NCBI GenBank assembly: GCA_964603725.1
Contig: CAZRWW010000010.1
Coordinates: 34,935-98,934, forward strand
From: an uncultured bacterium
GTDB taxonomy: Bacteria; Eisenbacteria; RBG-16-71-46; CAIMUX01; WJJG01
Reading direction: 5' to 3'
Length of the DNA stretch: 64,000 nt
Shown here: piece by piece, positions 48,888 through 59,227 of the stretch
How positions within the stretch are numbered: position 1 is the stretch's first letter
Layout of the letters: each line of letters opens with the position of its first letter
The notes under the pieces: model-generated
Database searches by the model: none
What the model saw: the letters and a program-made list of their open reading frames with translations, nothing else
Told to the model about the DNA's origin: nothing
Program-made: the position numbers and the translations under genes

Positions 48888-49772
48888 TCACTCTCCGGCT
48901 TGCTCAGGCAGGATGGTAACGGTGCAGGTTCCGGGAGGGATGTTATCGAGACGGATGAGACCCTCCTCGTTGATCTGCTCCTCGCGTTCACTACCGTCGG
49001 GAAGCGTAATCCGTGCCCTTCGGTTGGCGGCAGGTTGGCCGTCGACCCCGGCGCAATGGACTTCCATCCAATCCTTGAATCTCAGAAGCTCCGATTCCTG
49101 TTCCGTCCCAAACTCCTTCTCCCCGACCTTCACCGTAAAGAAGTACTCTGGCGGGTTGTAGCCTCCTCCGTACTTCTCCATCTCTTCCTGGGTAGGAATC
49201 TCGTCCGTGTCCTCGTAGTACTCGTACTCCCACTGTACGTCGATCCGCTCGTCGACTACCTGCGCAGGCAGCTCCACGATCTTGTCCGGTGCCCCATTTT
49301 GGTCATACTCGTAGACGGTGACAACAGCCTCTGTCCCGGGTGGCGCCCCCTGCACTCTGGCGGTCATCTTCAGGAGATCCCCCCGGCGAGCCTCCGTCGC
49401 ACTCCACTTGAGGTTGGAGACCTTGATGGGTGGGTAGGCCTGTATCCGATCCGACTCCCCCCGAATCGAGTGCTTGGGCAGTTCCACCATGAAGTAGACT
49501 TCATCCCCGACCTCGATGTCCTCCGGTATGCTGAGTGCTGTGCACAGGACGTTTCGTGAGATCTTCTCTTTGACCTTGCCCAGCTTCTTGCCTCTGACGC
49601 TGCGCCCCTCGATGGTCACCGGCGCGCCCAGGCCGACCATCTCCGTGCGCACCTCGAGTCTGACCTTCTGGCCGCCGAATGCGCATGGGGACAGCCACTG
49701 CGCTCGCACGAGACGCGCCTCGAGCTTGACGGTGTGCTTCGTATCCGTGTCTTTGGTGAACTTGAGATCCAC
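48888..49772 (-). CDS. Standalone member of the PAAR C-terminal domain family (294 aa)
   Basis: Aligns with the C-terminal extensions of both PAAR proteins, for example ..YFFTVKVGEKEF..LLRFKDWMEVHC.. versus ..YYFIVMAGDCMAQSGVLKYKDWIEIKL... It has no PAAR motifs. Confidence 0.5.
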   Translation of the reverse strand: MDLKFTKDTDTKHTVKLEARLVRAQWLSPCAFGGQKVRLEVRTEMVGLGAPVTIEGRSVRGKKLGKVKEKISRNVLCTALSIPEDIEVGDEVYFMVELPKHSIRGESDRIQAYPPIKVSNLKWSATEARRGDLLKMTARVQGAPPGTEAVVTVYEYDQNGAPDKIVELPAQVVDERIDVQWEYEYYEDTDEIPTQEEMEKYGGGYNPPEYFFTVKVGEKEFGTEQESELLRFKDWMEVHCAGVDGQPAANRRARITLPDGSEREEQINEEGLIRLDNIPPGTCTVTILPEQAGE

Positions 49773-50013
49773 TCTATTCCCCTAATGAACTTGGCCCGGG
49801 GGCTGTCGGGAACATCCCAGAACCGAACACGCTGAGCCGGTAGCCCGACGGTTGGCGGCCGGCAGCACACCCTTAGGGCCATGCCGCCCCCAGCTCAACG
49901 AAGCACCCCAACAGCCGCCTACGTCATTCCCGCCACTGAGGACTACGTCACCCCGCGACACCGGTCTACGTCACCGCTGCGATCGCCGCTTACGTCACCG
50001 CCGCGACCGCCGC

Positions 50014-50460
50014 CTACGTCCCCCCCGCGATCGTATCCACCATGCTCGTGATCTGCGGAACCAGCATCTTATTCGCCCGCTTCGAGAGATCCACCCAGCA
50101 AGTGTACCCCGTCCCATCGAGCATCAAGTAAAAGTGCCTGCGGATCAGGGTCCGTCCGTCGGGGTGCGCCCAGCGGCACACCAAGCTGTAGCACTTCTTA
50201 CCGCTCGGGAGCGCCTCCTCGCCTTCGCTGGTGACCTCTGCCCCCGCCAGGGCGTCCAGGGCCGCATCTCGACGCAGGCGTGCATACGCCTCCAGGGCTG
50301 CCGACTCGGGTTTCGGATCAATGTTAATCAGTAACGTGGGTTGTTCGCCCACGTCTTCCGGGCCAACGAAGCAGTGGACCGTGCGGTCTTCCCACCCGTC
50401 GGGTAGGAGCAGCTTGAACTGATGATTCGTCCGATCCGTCACGATGGCCTCACGACCCAC
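50014..50460 (-). CDS. DUF1795/Eag-family effector-associated chaperone
   Basis: 148 aa with the F.LLLPDGWEDRT motif characteristic of DUF1795 (EagR/EagT) adaptors. It lies immediately downstream of a PAAR gene. Confidence 0.65.
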   Translation of the reverse strand: MGREAIVTDRTNHQFKLLLPDGWEDRTVHCFVGPEDVGEQPTLLINIDPKPESAALEAYARLRRDAALDALAGAEVTSEGEEALPSGKKCYSLVCRWAHPDGRTLIRRHFYLMLDGTGYTCWVDLSKRANKMLVPQITSMVDTIAGGT

Positions 50461-50506
50461 CGGCGGCGGGCAGCGTCCGCAAGGACTCCCCGGCCCTCAG
50501 TGCCGC

Positions 50507-51634
50507 CTAGCTGCCTTGGCTCCGAAGATCGAATGACACCTCAACCTTCCCCGGAGCAATCTTCTCGACCCTGGCCTGGCCCTGCGAGTCCAGCTGGCCT
50601 TCCCTTATCTCACCGTTCGGCATGCGCAGCTTGTACTTGGCGTTGCCGATCGGCTGATCCTTTTCATCAACCAGCTTGATCTCGATCCAATCCTTGTACT
50701 TCAGCACGCCCGATTGCGCCATGCAGTCGCCCGCCATGACGATGAAGTAGTACGATGGGGTTGAATAGGCGCGTTTTGGAGCGCTTTCGTCGTCTTCCGG
50801 GATGGCATTCTCGACCTTGAACTCCCATTCGGCTTCGATCTTATCGCCACTGACCTGGGAATCCAAGGTGTACAAGATCCGGTCGGGGCGCTTGTTGTCG
50901 CGGGCGAAGATGCGCAGGGTCGCCGGTGTGCCGCCGTCGATGCCGGAGGTCTCGGCGGTCAGCTTGACCTTGTCGCCGACCGCAGCCTCCGCGACGGACC
51001 AGTTCGCGTGATGAATCACCCGTAGCTGGATCTCGTAGCTGCCTTCCTCGACCCCTGTACACTTGAGATGTCCCGCTAGCATTCCTTGGGTCACCTTGCC
51101 GGAGGGGTACTTGAGTTCGTACTTGAGATCCGACACCGGGAACCCGCCTTGATCGACGAACTTGACGTCGAGGAAATGGGTCTCTTCCTCAGCTTCAGCC
51201 TCACCCTCACCGGCGGCCTGGCCCTCAGCGCTGCGATCAGCAAGCGCGAGCTCGGCGGCCACCTGCGCGCCGCCCTTAACGCCCGCACCCCGGCCCGAGC
51301 CCGTACGGCCGGCGCCGCCTCCACCTCCGCCTCCGCTCTGGCCGATCAGGACGGTGAAGCATCCCATGGCGATCGTATCCGGCGGTCCCGCGCATTGGCA
51401 CATGTCGCCCACGCGAGCTGCCGGCATGCCGCAGATCAGGACATTGGGGGATCCCATCGAAATCGGACCGCCGACGTGAGGGGAGGGACCGGGGTTCATC
51501 ATGGGGCAGACGTGCATGTCGCCGACGCGAGCCGCCGGGGCTCCCCCGATGAGCACAGTCGGCGCCCCGGCGACGACCTTCCCGCCATGGACGGTGGTGT
51601 CACCCAATCGCGCAGCCGGCTTAGACATGAGCAA
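50507..51634 (-). CDS. PAAR-repeat spike-tip protein with a Gly-rich linker and the same ~200-aa C-terminal extension domain
   Basis: N-terminal PAAR motifs (AARLGDTTVHGGKVVAGAPTVLIGGAPAARVGDMHVCPM..). A poly-Gly linker is followed by a C-terminal domain homologous to the 45147 PAAR C-terminus. Confidence 0.85.
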   Translation of the reverse strand: MLMSKPAARLGDTTVHGGKVVAGAPTVLIGGAPAARVGDMHVCPMMNPGPSPHVGGPISMGSPNVLICGMPAARVGDMCQCAGPPDTIAMGCFTVLIGQSGGGGGGGAGRTGSGRGAGVKGGAQVAAELALADRSAEGQAAGEGEAEAEEETHFLDVKFVDQGGFPVSDLKYELKYPSGKVTQGMLAGHLKCTGVEEGSYEIQLRVIHHANWSVAEAAVGDKVKLTAETSGIDGGTPATLRIFARDNKRPDRILYTLDSQVSGDKIEAEWEFKVENAIPEDDESAPKRAYSTPSYYFIVMAGDCMAQSGVLKYKDWIEIKLVDEKDQPIGNAKYKLRMPNGEIREGQLDSQGQARVEKIAPGKVEVSFDLRSQGS

Positions 51635-51980
51635 GCCTCAGTGACGCTAGCGAAATCCCACGATTCGTCACGATCATACAAGCGGCCGGACTTGCTGTCA
51701 CCTGGTTGTCAGCGGAGCTTGTCTTTGCGTAGGCACCTGACTCAGCTTCTTGGTTATCGGACGGATCGCCCCAGCCCCGCCCGGGAGGTTAAGACGCAAC
51801 AGGAGATACAGATGTAAGCATTCCTGGCGCTGTAGCGACCCGCCGGTCACGCGCCTGCCTTGCACCCCCTGCGTCTGGCCCATAACCTCGCCACAGAATC
51901 GCACAATCCCGATTGACGGTCGCCCCCCGAACTCACTACTATCGACGTGTTCGGCAGCGCGTAGATGGCGCGGAAGGTCA
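51635..51980. promoter_or_regulatory. Divergent intergenic region between the PAAR2 effector operon (minus strand) and the ClpV-TssBC-Hcp-VgrG-TssEFG operon (plus strand)
   Basis: About 350 bp of non-coding sequence sits between two divergently oriented T6SS gene sets. No specific promoter motif could be assigned by eye. Confidence 0.3.
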
Positions 51981-54725
51981 ATGCCCAACTTGGGTTGGGC
52001 CTCAGGTTCGGTACGCAGATGGCTTCCTGCGGAGTACGTGCCCGTGGAAGTAGCGAAGCTTGAGGCCGGGGTGCTGCGACTGCTGGAGCTGGCTAACAGC
52101 TTCGCGCGGGAGCGGCGCCACCGCTATGTGATGCCCGAGCACGTCCTCTTCGTGCTGGTCGGGGAGGAAGCCGGGCTGATTCCCTTGCTCCTCGATAAGT
52201 TACGTACGACGCGCAACCGCATCCGCAGCCATCTCGAAGACGTGCTCCGCTTCGCCGTGCAGCAGGCCTACCTTCCCGATGCGCTCCCTCTGGCCAAGAA
52301 GACGCACGGCCTCTTCGATCACGCCGTGAAACTTGCCGCTGCGAACGGGCACCCCAAGGCCGGTCCGGGCGACCTGTTCCTGGCGCTCATCTCTCAAGAA
52401 GGCTTCCTGGCGCAGGAAACCATCGCCAAGATCGGCATTTCGGCAGAGAAGGTGCGCCAGGCGCTCGCCGAGCTGGCCAGCATTGAGGACATGGTCGCGT
52501 CCGAGTCCGGCGAAGAAGAGGCCGACGAGTTTGGCGTCGAACACGCGTCCGATAAGCCCCGCGCCCAGGGCTCGGCGCTGCGCTTCTGTGCCGACGTGAC
52601 CGTCGCGGCCGAGGAGGGCCGGCTGCCGCCGCTCATCGGCCGCAAGACGGAGCTGTCCCAGATCGTCGAGATCCTGAGCTGCCGGGAGTCCCGCAATCCC
52701 CTGCTGGTCGGGGACGCCGGGGTGGGCAAATCCGCCCTGATCGAGGGACTCGCCCAGAGGATCATTGCTGGGGAGGTCCCTGACAGCCTCAAGGGCAAGC
52801 GCATCCTGTCGCTCGATGTGGGAGCCCTCGTTGCCGGCGCCTCGTACCGGGGCGAGTTCGAGGAGCGGTTCAAGAACGCTCTGGCCGAGCTGGAGCGCCG
52901 CAAGGGGATGGTGATCCTGTTCGTCGACGAGATCCACACCCTGATGGGCGCGGGTGGGCAGCGGGGCGGGACGGACGCGGGCAACCTGCTCAAGCCCGCC
53001 CTGGCCCGCGGTGAGGTGCAGGTTATCGGCGCGACGACCTACGACGAGTACCGGCAGCACATCGAGAAGGACAAGGCCTTCTCGCGCCGCTTCGCCAAGG
53101 TCGACATCGCCGAGCCCGATCCGTGCGAATGCCTCGAGATCCTCAAGGGCGCGGCGGCGCGTTTCGAGGCACACCATCGCGTTCATTACACCGAGGCCGC
53201 CCTCGACCAGGCGGTGAAGATGAGCATCCGCTACCTGCGTGACCGCGCGAACCCGGCCAAGGCCGTCGGGCTGATTGACCGCGCTGCAGGGACGCTGCGG
53301 GTGGCGCTGGAGAACTGCGCGAAGGAGCTCGAGCTGCTGCAGGGCATGGCGAGCCTTGCAGCAGAAGCGTCCACGGAAGCGGTCGCGCCGGGTGAGCTTC
53401 AGGCCGTGCCAGGGGATCCTCAAGTCGCGTCGGGCTCGCCAGGGGCGGAGGCGAGACCGCTCGGACCGCGGGGCGACGGCGATGAGGACGTCGACTGGCC
53501 GACCACCCAGGCGCGTTTGATCCGGCTGCTGCCGGAACGCCAGCATCCGCCGGGCCTCGCCGGCGCCGCAGCGGGGATTGCCGGCAGCGCACCGGAGCCT
53601 CCCGCTGGCGCGCAGCTCCAGGCGATGCGCGAGTACTTGGCCACGTTGGTTCCCGATGTGGGCCCGGCCGCCATTGCCGAGGCCATAGCGTCGCAGACCG
53701 GCATCCCGGTGTCCAAGGTCACCCAGGATGAGAAGGAGAAACTGCTGCGGCTCGAGGAGGCGCTCGGCACGCACGTGATCGGCCAGGACGAGGCGATTCG
53801 CGAAGTGGCCCGCGCCATCCGCCAGGCGCGGATGGGTGTGAAAGATCCGCGCCGGCCGGTCGGGTCGTTCCTCTTTCTGGGGCCGACCGGCGTGGGCAAG
53901 ACCTGGCTCCCGAAGGTGCTGGCGGAGCAGCTGTTCAACGATCGGGACGCGTTGCTGCGTTTCGACATGAGCGAGTTCGGCACATCCGAGCAGGTGTCGC
54001 GTCTGAAGGGCACTTCGCCCGGCTATGTTGGCTACGAACAGGGCGGGGAATTGACGGAGGCGGTGCGTCGCAACCCCTACAGCGTGGTCCTCTTTGACGA
54101 AGTCGACAAGGCGCACGTCGAGTTGTACAAGATCTTCCTCAACATCCTGGAAGAGGGCGAACTCACCGACGGTCAGGGCCGCAAGGCGGACTTCCGCAAT
54201 GCCGTGGTCATCATGACCGCCAACTGGGGCGCTCAGGAGCTGCTGACCGCCGGTGAGAAGGGTCGCAAGCTGTCGAACGACGAAGTCCGCGCCATCGTCC
54301 GCAAGGGGAGCGCCATTGTCCCCGGTCGGCAGGTGGGGGTGGGATTCACACCGGAGCAGATGAATCGCTTCGATGCGCTCGTTCCCTTCTATCCGCTCGG
54401 GCGCGACCACATCTACCGCATCATCGACCTTGAGTTCGAGGCCGTTGCCGCCCGTTTGCGCGATCGGCACATCAGCATCGCGCTCACTGAGGAAGTCCGG
54501 CAGTTTCTCCTCGCAGGTGGGCACGATCCCCAGTACGGCGCCCGCCCCCTGCGCAATTTCATGACGCGCACGCTGGTGGATCAACTCGCCACAAGCCTGC
54601 TCGAAGGGGACGTGGTTGACGGGGGTGATTACCGCGCCGTCGTTCAAGACGGGGCGATCAAGATCGTTCGCATGTCCGATGAGCCCAACCAAGGTCCGGG
54701 CGAAGCGGACATGACGGATGGATAA
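51981..54725 (+). CDS. tssH: ClpV/TssH-type AAA+ ATPase (Clp_N domain plus two AAA+ modules)
   Basis: Clp_N-like N-terminus ..[29 protein letters not shown]... D1 [13 protein letters not shown] and [11 protein letters not shown]2 [25 protein letters not shown] and a sensor-2 region. The start is uncertain, either ATG 51981 or GTG near 52039; the track start 51750 is an upstream extension. Confidence 0.8.
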   Translation: MPNLGWASGSVRRWLPAEYVPVEVAKLEAGVLRLLELANSFARERRHRYVMPEHVLFVLVGEEAGLIPLLLDKLRTTRNRIRSHLEDVLRFAVQQAYLPDALPLAKKTHGLFDHAVKLAAANGHPKAGPGDLFLALISQEGFLAQETIAKIGISAEKVRQALAELASIEDMVASESGEEEADEFGVEHASDKPRAQGSALRFCADVTVAAEEGRLPPLIGRKTELSQIVEILSCRESRNPLLVGDAGVGKSALIEGLAQRIIAGEVPDSLKGKRILSLDVGALVAGASYRGEFEERFKNALAELERRKGMVILFVDEIHTLMGAGGQRGGTDAGNLLKPALARGEVQVIGATTYDEYRQHIEKDKAFSRRFAKVDIAEPDPCECLEILKGAAARFEAHHRVHYTEAALDQAVKMSIRYLRDRANPAKAVGLIDRAAGTLRVALENCAKELELLQGMASLAAEASTEAVAPGELQAVPGDPQVASGSPGAEARPLGPRGDGDEDVDWPTTQARLIRLLPERQHPPGLAGAAAGIAGSAPEPPAGAQLQAMREYLATLVPDVGPAAIAEAIASQTGIPVSKVTQDEKEKLLRLEEALGTHVIGQDEAIREVARAIRQARMGVKDPRRPVGSFLFLGPTGVGKTWLPKVLAEQLFNDRDALLRFDMSEFGTSEQVSRLKGTSPGYVGYEQGGELTEAVRRNPYSVVLFDEVDKAHVELYKIFLNILEEGELTDGQGRKADFRNAVVIMTANWGAQELLTAGEKGRKLSNDEVRAIVRKGSAIVPGRQVGVGFTPEQMNRFDALVPFYPLGRDHIYRIIDLEFEAVAARLRDRHISIALTEEVRQFLLAGGHDPQYGARPLRNFMTRTLVDQLATSLLEGDVVDGGDYRAVVQDGAIKIVRMSDEPNQGPGEADMTDG

Positions 54726-54769
54726 TGGGAGACCCTTGGCGGGCTCCGAGACCATGAGCAGAAGGTGAG

Positions 54770-55237
54770 GTGCAAATGGCGGAGAAGTACCAGCGGCTGA
54801 TTGACGCTCTCCCCGCTGAGCTCAAGGAGAATGTTCAGGCCATGGACCTGAGCAACACGATCATCGTGGGGGAGTTCGGTGAGCACAAGCAGAACGAACT
54901 GGTTCCCGTGCCGACCATCAAGAAGGCCTTCGAGACCTACGAGCCGTCCGTCGAAATCTCGGTTGAGACGGTGGATGGCGACACTGCCAGCGAGGTGCTT
55001 CGCTTCCGCGAACTGAAGGACTTCGAGGTCGAACGGGTCGTGCCGCAGTCCAAGGCGTTGTCGGAGCTGAGTGCGGCCGTTGACGTGTATGCCGATCTGA
55101 AGGGCACGCTCGGCAAGTCCCCCAAGTGGAAAAAGCTGTTCGAGGACCCCAAGCTGCGGGCGGGTCTGGTGGAACTGCTCGATCAGATGCTGAAGGTCAT
55201 TGATCCGGAAGACAAGACCAAGGTGGCAGAGAAGTAA
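54770..55237 (+). CDS. tssB: T6SS small sheath subunit TssB (VipA-like)
   Basis: 155 aa. The motif TIIVGEFGEH matches the conserved TLVVGDFKGH segment of VipA. It lies immediately upstream of a ~460-aa TssC-sized gene. Confidence 0.6.
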   Translation: MQMAEKYQRLIDALPAELKENVQAMDLSNTIIVGEFGEHKQNELVPVPTIKKAFETYEPSVEISVETVDGDTASEVLRFRELKDFEVERVVPQSKALSELSAAVDVYADLKGTLGKSPKWKKLFEDPKLRAGLVELLDQMLKVIDPEDKTKVAEK

Positions 55238-55255
55238 GGAAGCGGGGGAGCAGTC

Positions 55256-56638
55256 ATGGCAGATGCAGAACAGAAAGAAACGCGTGAAAAGGTCAAGCTT
55301 GAAGAGAAGGAGCTTGAGAAGATCAAGGAACAGCTTCTCCCGATGCTCCCGGCGCTCTTTCCCCGAGGAGGCACATTCGTCGGGGAGATGTTGCCCAGTG
55401 CTGGCTTGTTCGACCCCGAAGATCCCGGCGCCACCAAGGAAGCGGTTGAAGCACTCACCCCCTACCAGTGGCTAGCGCTGGCGATGCGCCTGCGCCTGGC
55501 CCGCCGGATGCTCGACGAGGCCGCCACCCTGACAGATGCTGTTCAAGCGGCTGAGAAGCAACACACCCGGCACCAGGAAGCCCTGGACAAGAATCTTCGC
55601 TCGGTCTACGAGCAAATGCGTCCGCTGGAGATCCAGTACCGCACGCTGAACCAGTTCTTCGACAACGCTGCGGCATCCCCGGGGGCAAATGTCTCGGTGG
55701 AGATTTACAACACCCCACCAGCGTCGTTGTTCGAGGACGCGAGCGAGTCGCTGGCCGTGCTCACGAAAGAGATCCAGGGAACCAATGCCGAGGCATTTCA
55801 CCAGAGCAAAGCCAAGTCCTTGCTCGTGATTCCCGGGCACTGGGCTGAGAACAAGTATCTCAATCGCCTCGAAGCTCTGCTGGCGGACAACCGTGTCAGC
55901 TTGTTCACAGACATTTTCGCCGGTCAAAAGCGCATGGACAACTACGACGCCGTACAGGACAAGCTGGAGCTCGAGACCTACAAGGGGCTCAAGCAGGGTT
56001 CTGAGGGTCGGGCGCACATGTCCGTCTGCGTAAATGAGATCTGCGGGCGCCAGAAGTACGCCTGGGAAGATGATCACATCTGGATTCCTGCCTCCACAAC
56101 TGTGGCCGGGCGTGTGTACAATGTGGACCAGGCATGGGAGGCCATCAAGGAGGGTGCGGCTGGCTACAAGCGCGGGAAAGCCCTGGTCTCCTCCCCGATG
56201 GTGCGCATCAAGCTCAACAACGCCAGCACGGGCGCTCTGGCCAACACGTACAATTTGATTCCCATGATCGAGTCGAAGGGCGACGTGTTTATCATGGGTG
56301 TCGGTTCGCTCTGTACCGACGAGACGATGAAGCAGTACCCCACCGTGCGGATCTACGATTTCATCCAGAAGTCGATGCTGGATTACAGTCGCACACTCCT
56401 GTTCGAGCGGTTCAGCGAGAAGTCGAAGGAAACCGTCAAGGCAGGCCTGCGGCGGTTCTTCGATGGCCTGGTGAAAGAGGGTGTGATCGAGTCCTACTCA
56501 GATTTGACCGTGGAACGGGATGGGAAGCCCGGGGAAAAGGGGAAAGCGCGAGTCTTGGTGAATGTCAAATTCTACGACATCGTGACACAAGTCCGAACGG
56601 GCGTGAAATTCGACGAAGAGGGCAACGTCGAGAAGTAG
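55256..56638 (+). CDS. tssC: T6SS large sheath subunit TssC (VipB-like)
   Basis: 460 aa. Position and size fit the TssB-TssC pair. The assignment rests on context and on homology to the downstream paralog; no signature motif was verified by eye. Confidence 0.55.
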   Translation: MADAEQKETREKVKLEEKELEKIKEQLLPMLPALFPRGGTFVGEMLPSAGLFDPEDPGATKEAVEALTPYQWLALAMRLRLARRMLDEAATLTDAVQAAEKQHTRHQEALDKNLRSVYEQMRPLEIQYRTLNQFFDNAAASPGANVSVEIYNTPPASLFEDASESLAVLTKEIQGTNAEAFHQSKAKSLLVIPGHWAENKYLNRLEALLADNRVSLFTDIFAGQKRMDNYDAVQDKLELETYKGLKQGSEGRAHMSVCVNEICGRQKYAWEDDHIWIPASTTVAGRVYNVDQAWEAIKEGAAGYKRGKALVSSPMVRIKLNNASTGALANTYNLIPMIESKGDVFIMGVGSLCTDETMKQYPTVRIYDFIQKSMLDYSRTLLFERFSEKSKETVKAGLRRFFDGLVKEGVIESYSDLTVERDGKPGEKGKARVLVNVKFYDIVTQVRTGVKFDEEGNVEK

Positions 56639-56642
56639 GCAA

Positions 56643-58184
56643 TTGAATCGAGGGGCGGCGAGCCATGACCCAGCAGCCTGGAAAGGCAAGCTGGAACGGC
56701 AACCGGAAAGGCAAGCCGGCAAGGGCACGGCGGGATGGGTGGGATGGATGGCGGGGCAGGGCTACAGCGAATTCCTAGCGGGCTTCAATCTGAGCTGTGG
56801 CATGCGAATGCCGAGCAGCGGGTCGGTGTTTGCAGAACACGCCGACGGTTCGCTGGAGCTGGCCGCGGACGCGTCGAATCTTGACCGGAGGCTACTGAGA
56901 CGCCGGCTGCGGTGCCTGCGGGAGATCCTGGAAGACGGACAGGACATCGAGGCGGCGCGAGCGCAAGCTGAGGCCCGCCATGGGGCTCTGACGCAGCGAC
57001 TCGAGGGAGCGCTGCGAGCCGTCTACAGACAGACGCGGCCGATCGAGGCGGTCTGGCGAGGTCTGGGGGTCTTTTACGAGGAGGCGGCGCCTGAGGGCAA
57101 GGAGATCCCGGTTTGGGTCTGGAATGGCAACTCCCCGAAATGGGTCACTGTAATGCGCGACCTGGATCCAACATTCGTCCTCGCCCCGGGGTGTCAGGAG
57201 CCGCCGCCGCAGTTGGACGAATGGAACGGCACCTACCCGCAGCCGATTCTGTTCGGTGACCGGGAGCTGCCTGCCTACGACGAGCCTGTGGGATCTCACG
57301 ACCATCGGGAGGAGACCAGCCCCGGACCCGGCCGGCAGGACGGTCCGGAGACCCTGCCATCACGCTATGCCGCGTGCGTGAACGAAGTGGAAGGCCGCGC
57401 TGCCTACCCCTGGGAGGACGAGCCGCTCTGGGTTCGGCCGAGTTTCGCGGTAGCTGGCGTGCACGTTCGGCACTGGCGGGGAGGGTACTGGCGGAGCACC
57501 GGGGCAGGGCACTGGACTGGACGGCTGCAGCGTGCCCGCAAGACGAGGGTGCGCATGCAGGTGACCCAGGCCGTCACCTTGCATGAGGCGGGCTACGCCG
57601 CCATCACGGAGGACGGCCGAGGAGTGATGGCCATCGGCGATCGGACATTCCCGTTGCCGGGGCATCATCCGGCGGGACTCGGGGCCCTCAAGCTGGAAGC
57701 GGCCGTCACCCGGATCGTCTGCCAGCGCTTTGCAGCGCGCGCCCGCAAAGCCACGCCGGGTCCTGGCCCGGGGCTTGACCCCCGACAGGAAGCCGAGGCC
57801 GTCCTGCACGATTTCAAGGTGCACCGCGTGCTTGATGACTACAGCGTCAGGCGGCAGTTGGGCGCGGGTCCGGAAGCCCCCATGGAGATGACGCTCACTG
57901 TGGACGGGGTCTCTGCCAGTTCATGGCTGATCCGCCGCACGCGCGAGGAAGTCGTCTCGCGGTCGCGGGCGGACAAGCTGCCGATGCCCGAGCGGTTGGA
58001 GGCCGCCGTCCGGAGACGGGAAGCAAAGCCTGAGCCGGTCGCGGTCGGCGTGTCTGTGAACGCGCCGGACGCCAAACCACAGGAGGGGCTGGAGCCGATC
58101 CCCGCCAGAGAGAGGGGTGGAATTGGGGAGTTCATCAGCTCCCTGTTCGGACAGATGTTCCGCGGACGGGACCGGAAGCGCTGA
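56643..58184 (+). CDS. Diverged TssC-like paralog (513 aa) with markedly higher GC and Arg content than the neighbouring genes
   Basis: Alignable with the 55256 protein (LRSVYEQMRPLEIQYRTLNQFFDNAA..VSVEIYN versus LRAVYRQTRPIEAVWRGLGVFYEEAA..IPVWVWN, and MSVCVNEICGRQKYAWEDDHIWIPASTTVAGRVYNV versus YAACVNEVEGRAAYPWEDEPLWVRPSFAVAGVHVRH). Confidence 0.5.
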   Translation: MNRGAASHDPAAWKGKLERQPERQAGKGTAGWVGWMAGQGYSEFLAGFNLSCGMRMPSSGSVFAEHADGSLELAADASNLDRRLLRRRLRCLREILEDGQDIEAARAQAEARHGALTQRLEGALRAVYRQTRPIEAVWRGLGVFYEEAAPEGKEIPVWVWNGNSPKWVTVMRDLDPTFVLAPGCQEPPPQLDEWNGTYPQPILFGDRELPAYDEPVGSHDHREETSPGPGRQDGPETLPSRYAACVNEVEGRAAYPWEDEPLWVRPSFAVAGVHVRHWRGGYWRSTGAGHWTGRLQRARKTRVRMQVTQAVTLHEAGYAAITEDGRGVMAIGDRTFPLPGHHPAGLGALKLEAAVTRIVCQRFAARARKATPGPGPGLDPRQEAEAVLHDFKVHRVLDDYSVRRQLGAGPEAPMEMTLTVDGVSASSWLIRRTREEVVSRSRADKLPMPERLEAAVRRREAKPEPVAVGVSVNAPDAKPQEGLEPIPARERGGIGEFISSLFGQMFRGRDRKR

Positions 58185-58240
58185 CCGATGCGTTCCAGAC
58201 CGTTCTAGGCACGACGTAACAGCCAACGGAGGACAAAGCC

Positions 58241-58672
58241 ATGGCAGAGAGACTCGGTCGGGTCGAAGTGATGATCGAGGGGCAGCCCGAGCAGGAGGTA
58301 CTCACTTTCGTGCTCGAGGCCGAGACACCCGTCGACTACAAAGGCGCGCCGCAGGGGCAACCCGTCTTCAGGCGGCTGACATTCACGACGCGTGTGATGC
58401 AGGGGATGCACGATGCAGTGGGCTGGTGCCTCAACGAGCCGCGCACCGCACACAACCTTCGCAACGGGACTGTCAAGTTCTACGACAAGAATGGCGAAAA
58501 CTACCAGACGCTCGAGTGGACCAATGGATTCATCGAAGATGCATCGTGGGTCCTACCCGATGCGGAGAAGGACGAGCAGCAGAGAGTCTACATGAAGTAC
58601 CAGGTAGTTGCACAGCGGATCAACATCGGCGGCACGGAACTTGCGAACCCGTGGCCCAACATCTACGGGTAG
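58241..58672 (+). CDS. Hcp-like tube protein paralog 1
   Basis: 143 aa. Size, position between sheath and VgrG, and similarity to the next ORF (VKFYDKNGENYQTLEWTNGFIEDAS versus VIEFYDQAQVVLKAEFTNALVADYR). Confidence 0.5.
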   Translation: MAERLGRVEVMIEGQPEQEVLTFVLEAETPVDYKGAPQGQPVFRRLTFTTRVMQGMHDAVGWCLNEPRTAHNLRNGTVKFYDKNGENYQTLEWTNGFIEDASWVLPDAEKDEQQRVYMKYQVVAQRINIGGTELANPWPNIYG

Positions 58673-58713
58673 AGACCCTATTCCAGAAGCTGAAATGAAG
58701 GAGGATCGCAGTC

Positions 58714-59136
58714 ATGGCATTTGACGGAAGAGTCGTCATCGACGGTAACGAGATCGACAAGATCCGCAATGTGCAGTTCGGTGTCCGGAACAAGGTCGAC
58801 GATATCACCACCAACCCCTCCGGAAGCACCCGTAACAACCTGATCATCATCGAGCGCGAGCACGACCAGTCGAACTTCCTCTGGGAGTGGGCGGTGAGCG
58901 CCAAGAAGGAGAATCGCAAGAACGGCGTCATCGAGTTCTACGATCAGGCTCAGGTGGTTCTCAAGGCAGAATTCACCAACGCGCTCGTTGCCGACTACCG
59001 CATCATGCTGGGCGAAACGCAGTACGAGCGCACGGCCATGCAGATCCGTGAGCGTGTCGAGATCTCCACAGAGCAGTTGGCGCTCGAAACCCTCGGTGGA
59101 AGGGTTGAGCACAGCGATCAGTGGGATATTCGTTAG
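58714..59136 (+). CDS. hcp: Hcp (TssD) tube protein paralog 2
   Basis: 140 aa. Typical Hcp size and context immediately upstream of vgrG. Sequence pattern is consistent with the Hcp family. Confidence 0.6.
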   Translation: MAFDGRVVIDGNEIDKIRNVQFGVRNKVDDITTNPSGSTRNNLIIIEREHDQSNFLWEWAVSAKKENRKNGVIEFYDQAQVVLKAEFTNALVADYRIMLGETQYERTAMQIRERVEISTEQLALETLGGRVEHSDQWDIR

Positions 59137-59227
59137 CAGGGCGGCCTCCTGATCAGGATATCGTCGGCCGGCCGGAGGCTGCTGATTCCGGCCGGCCCGC
59201 CAGCCTGTGCTAGCCGGAGGTGCCCTC

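Noticed and set aside
52200-54755. 851-aa minus-strand ORF opposite clpV
   Set aside because: It is antisense to a gene with two canonical AAA+ modules and has no motifs.
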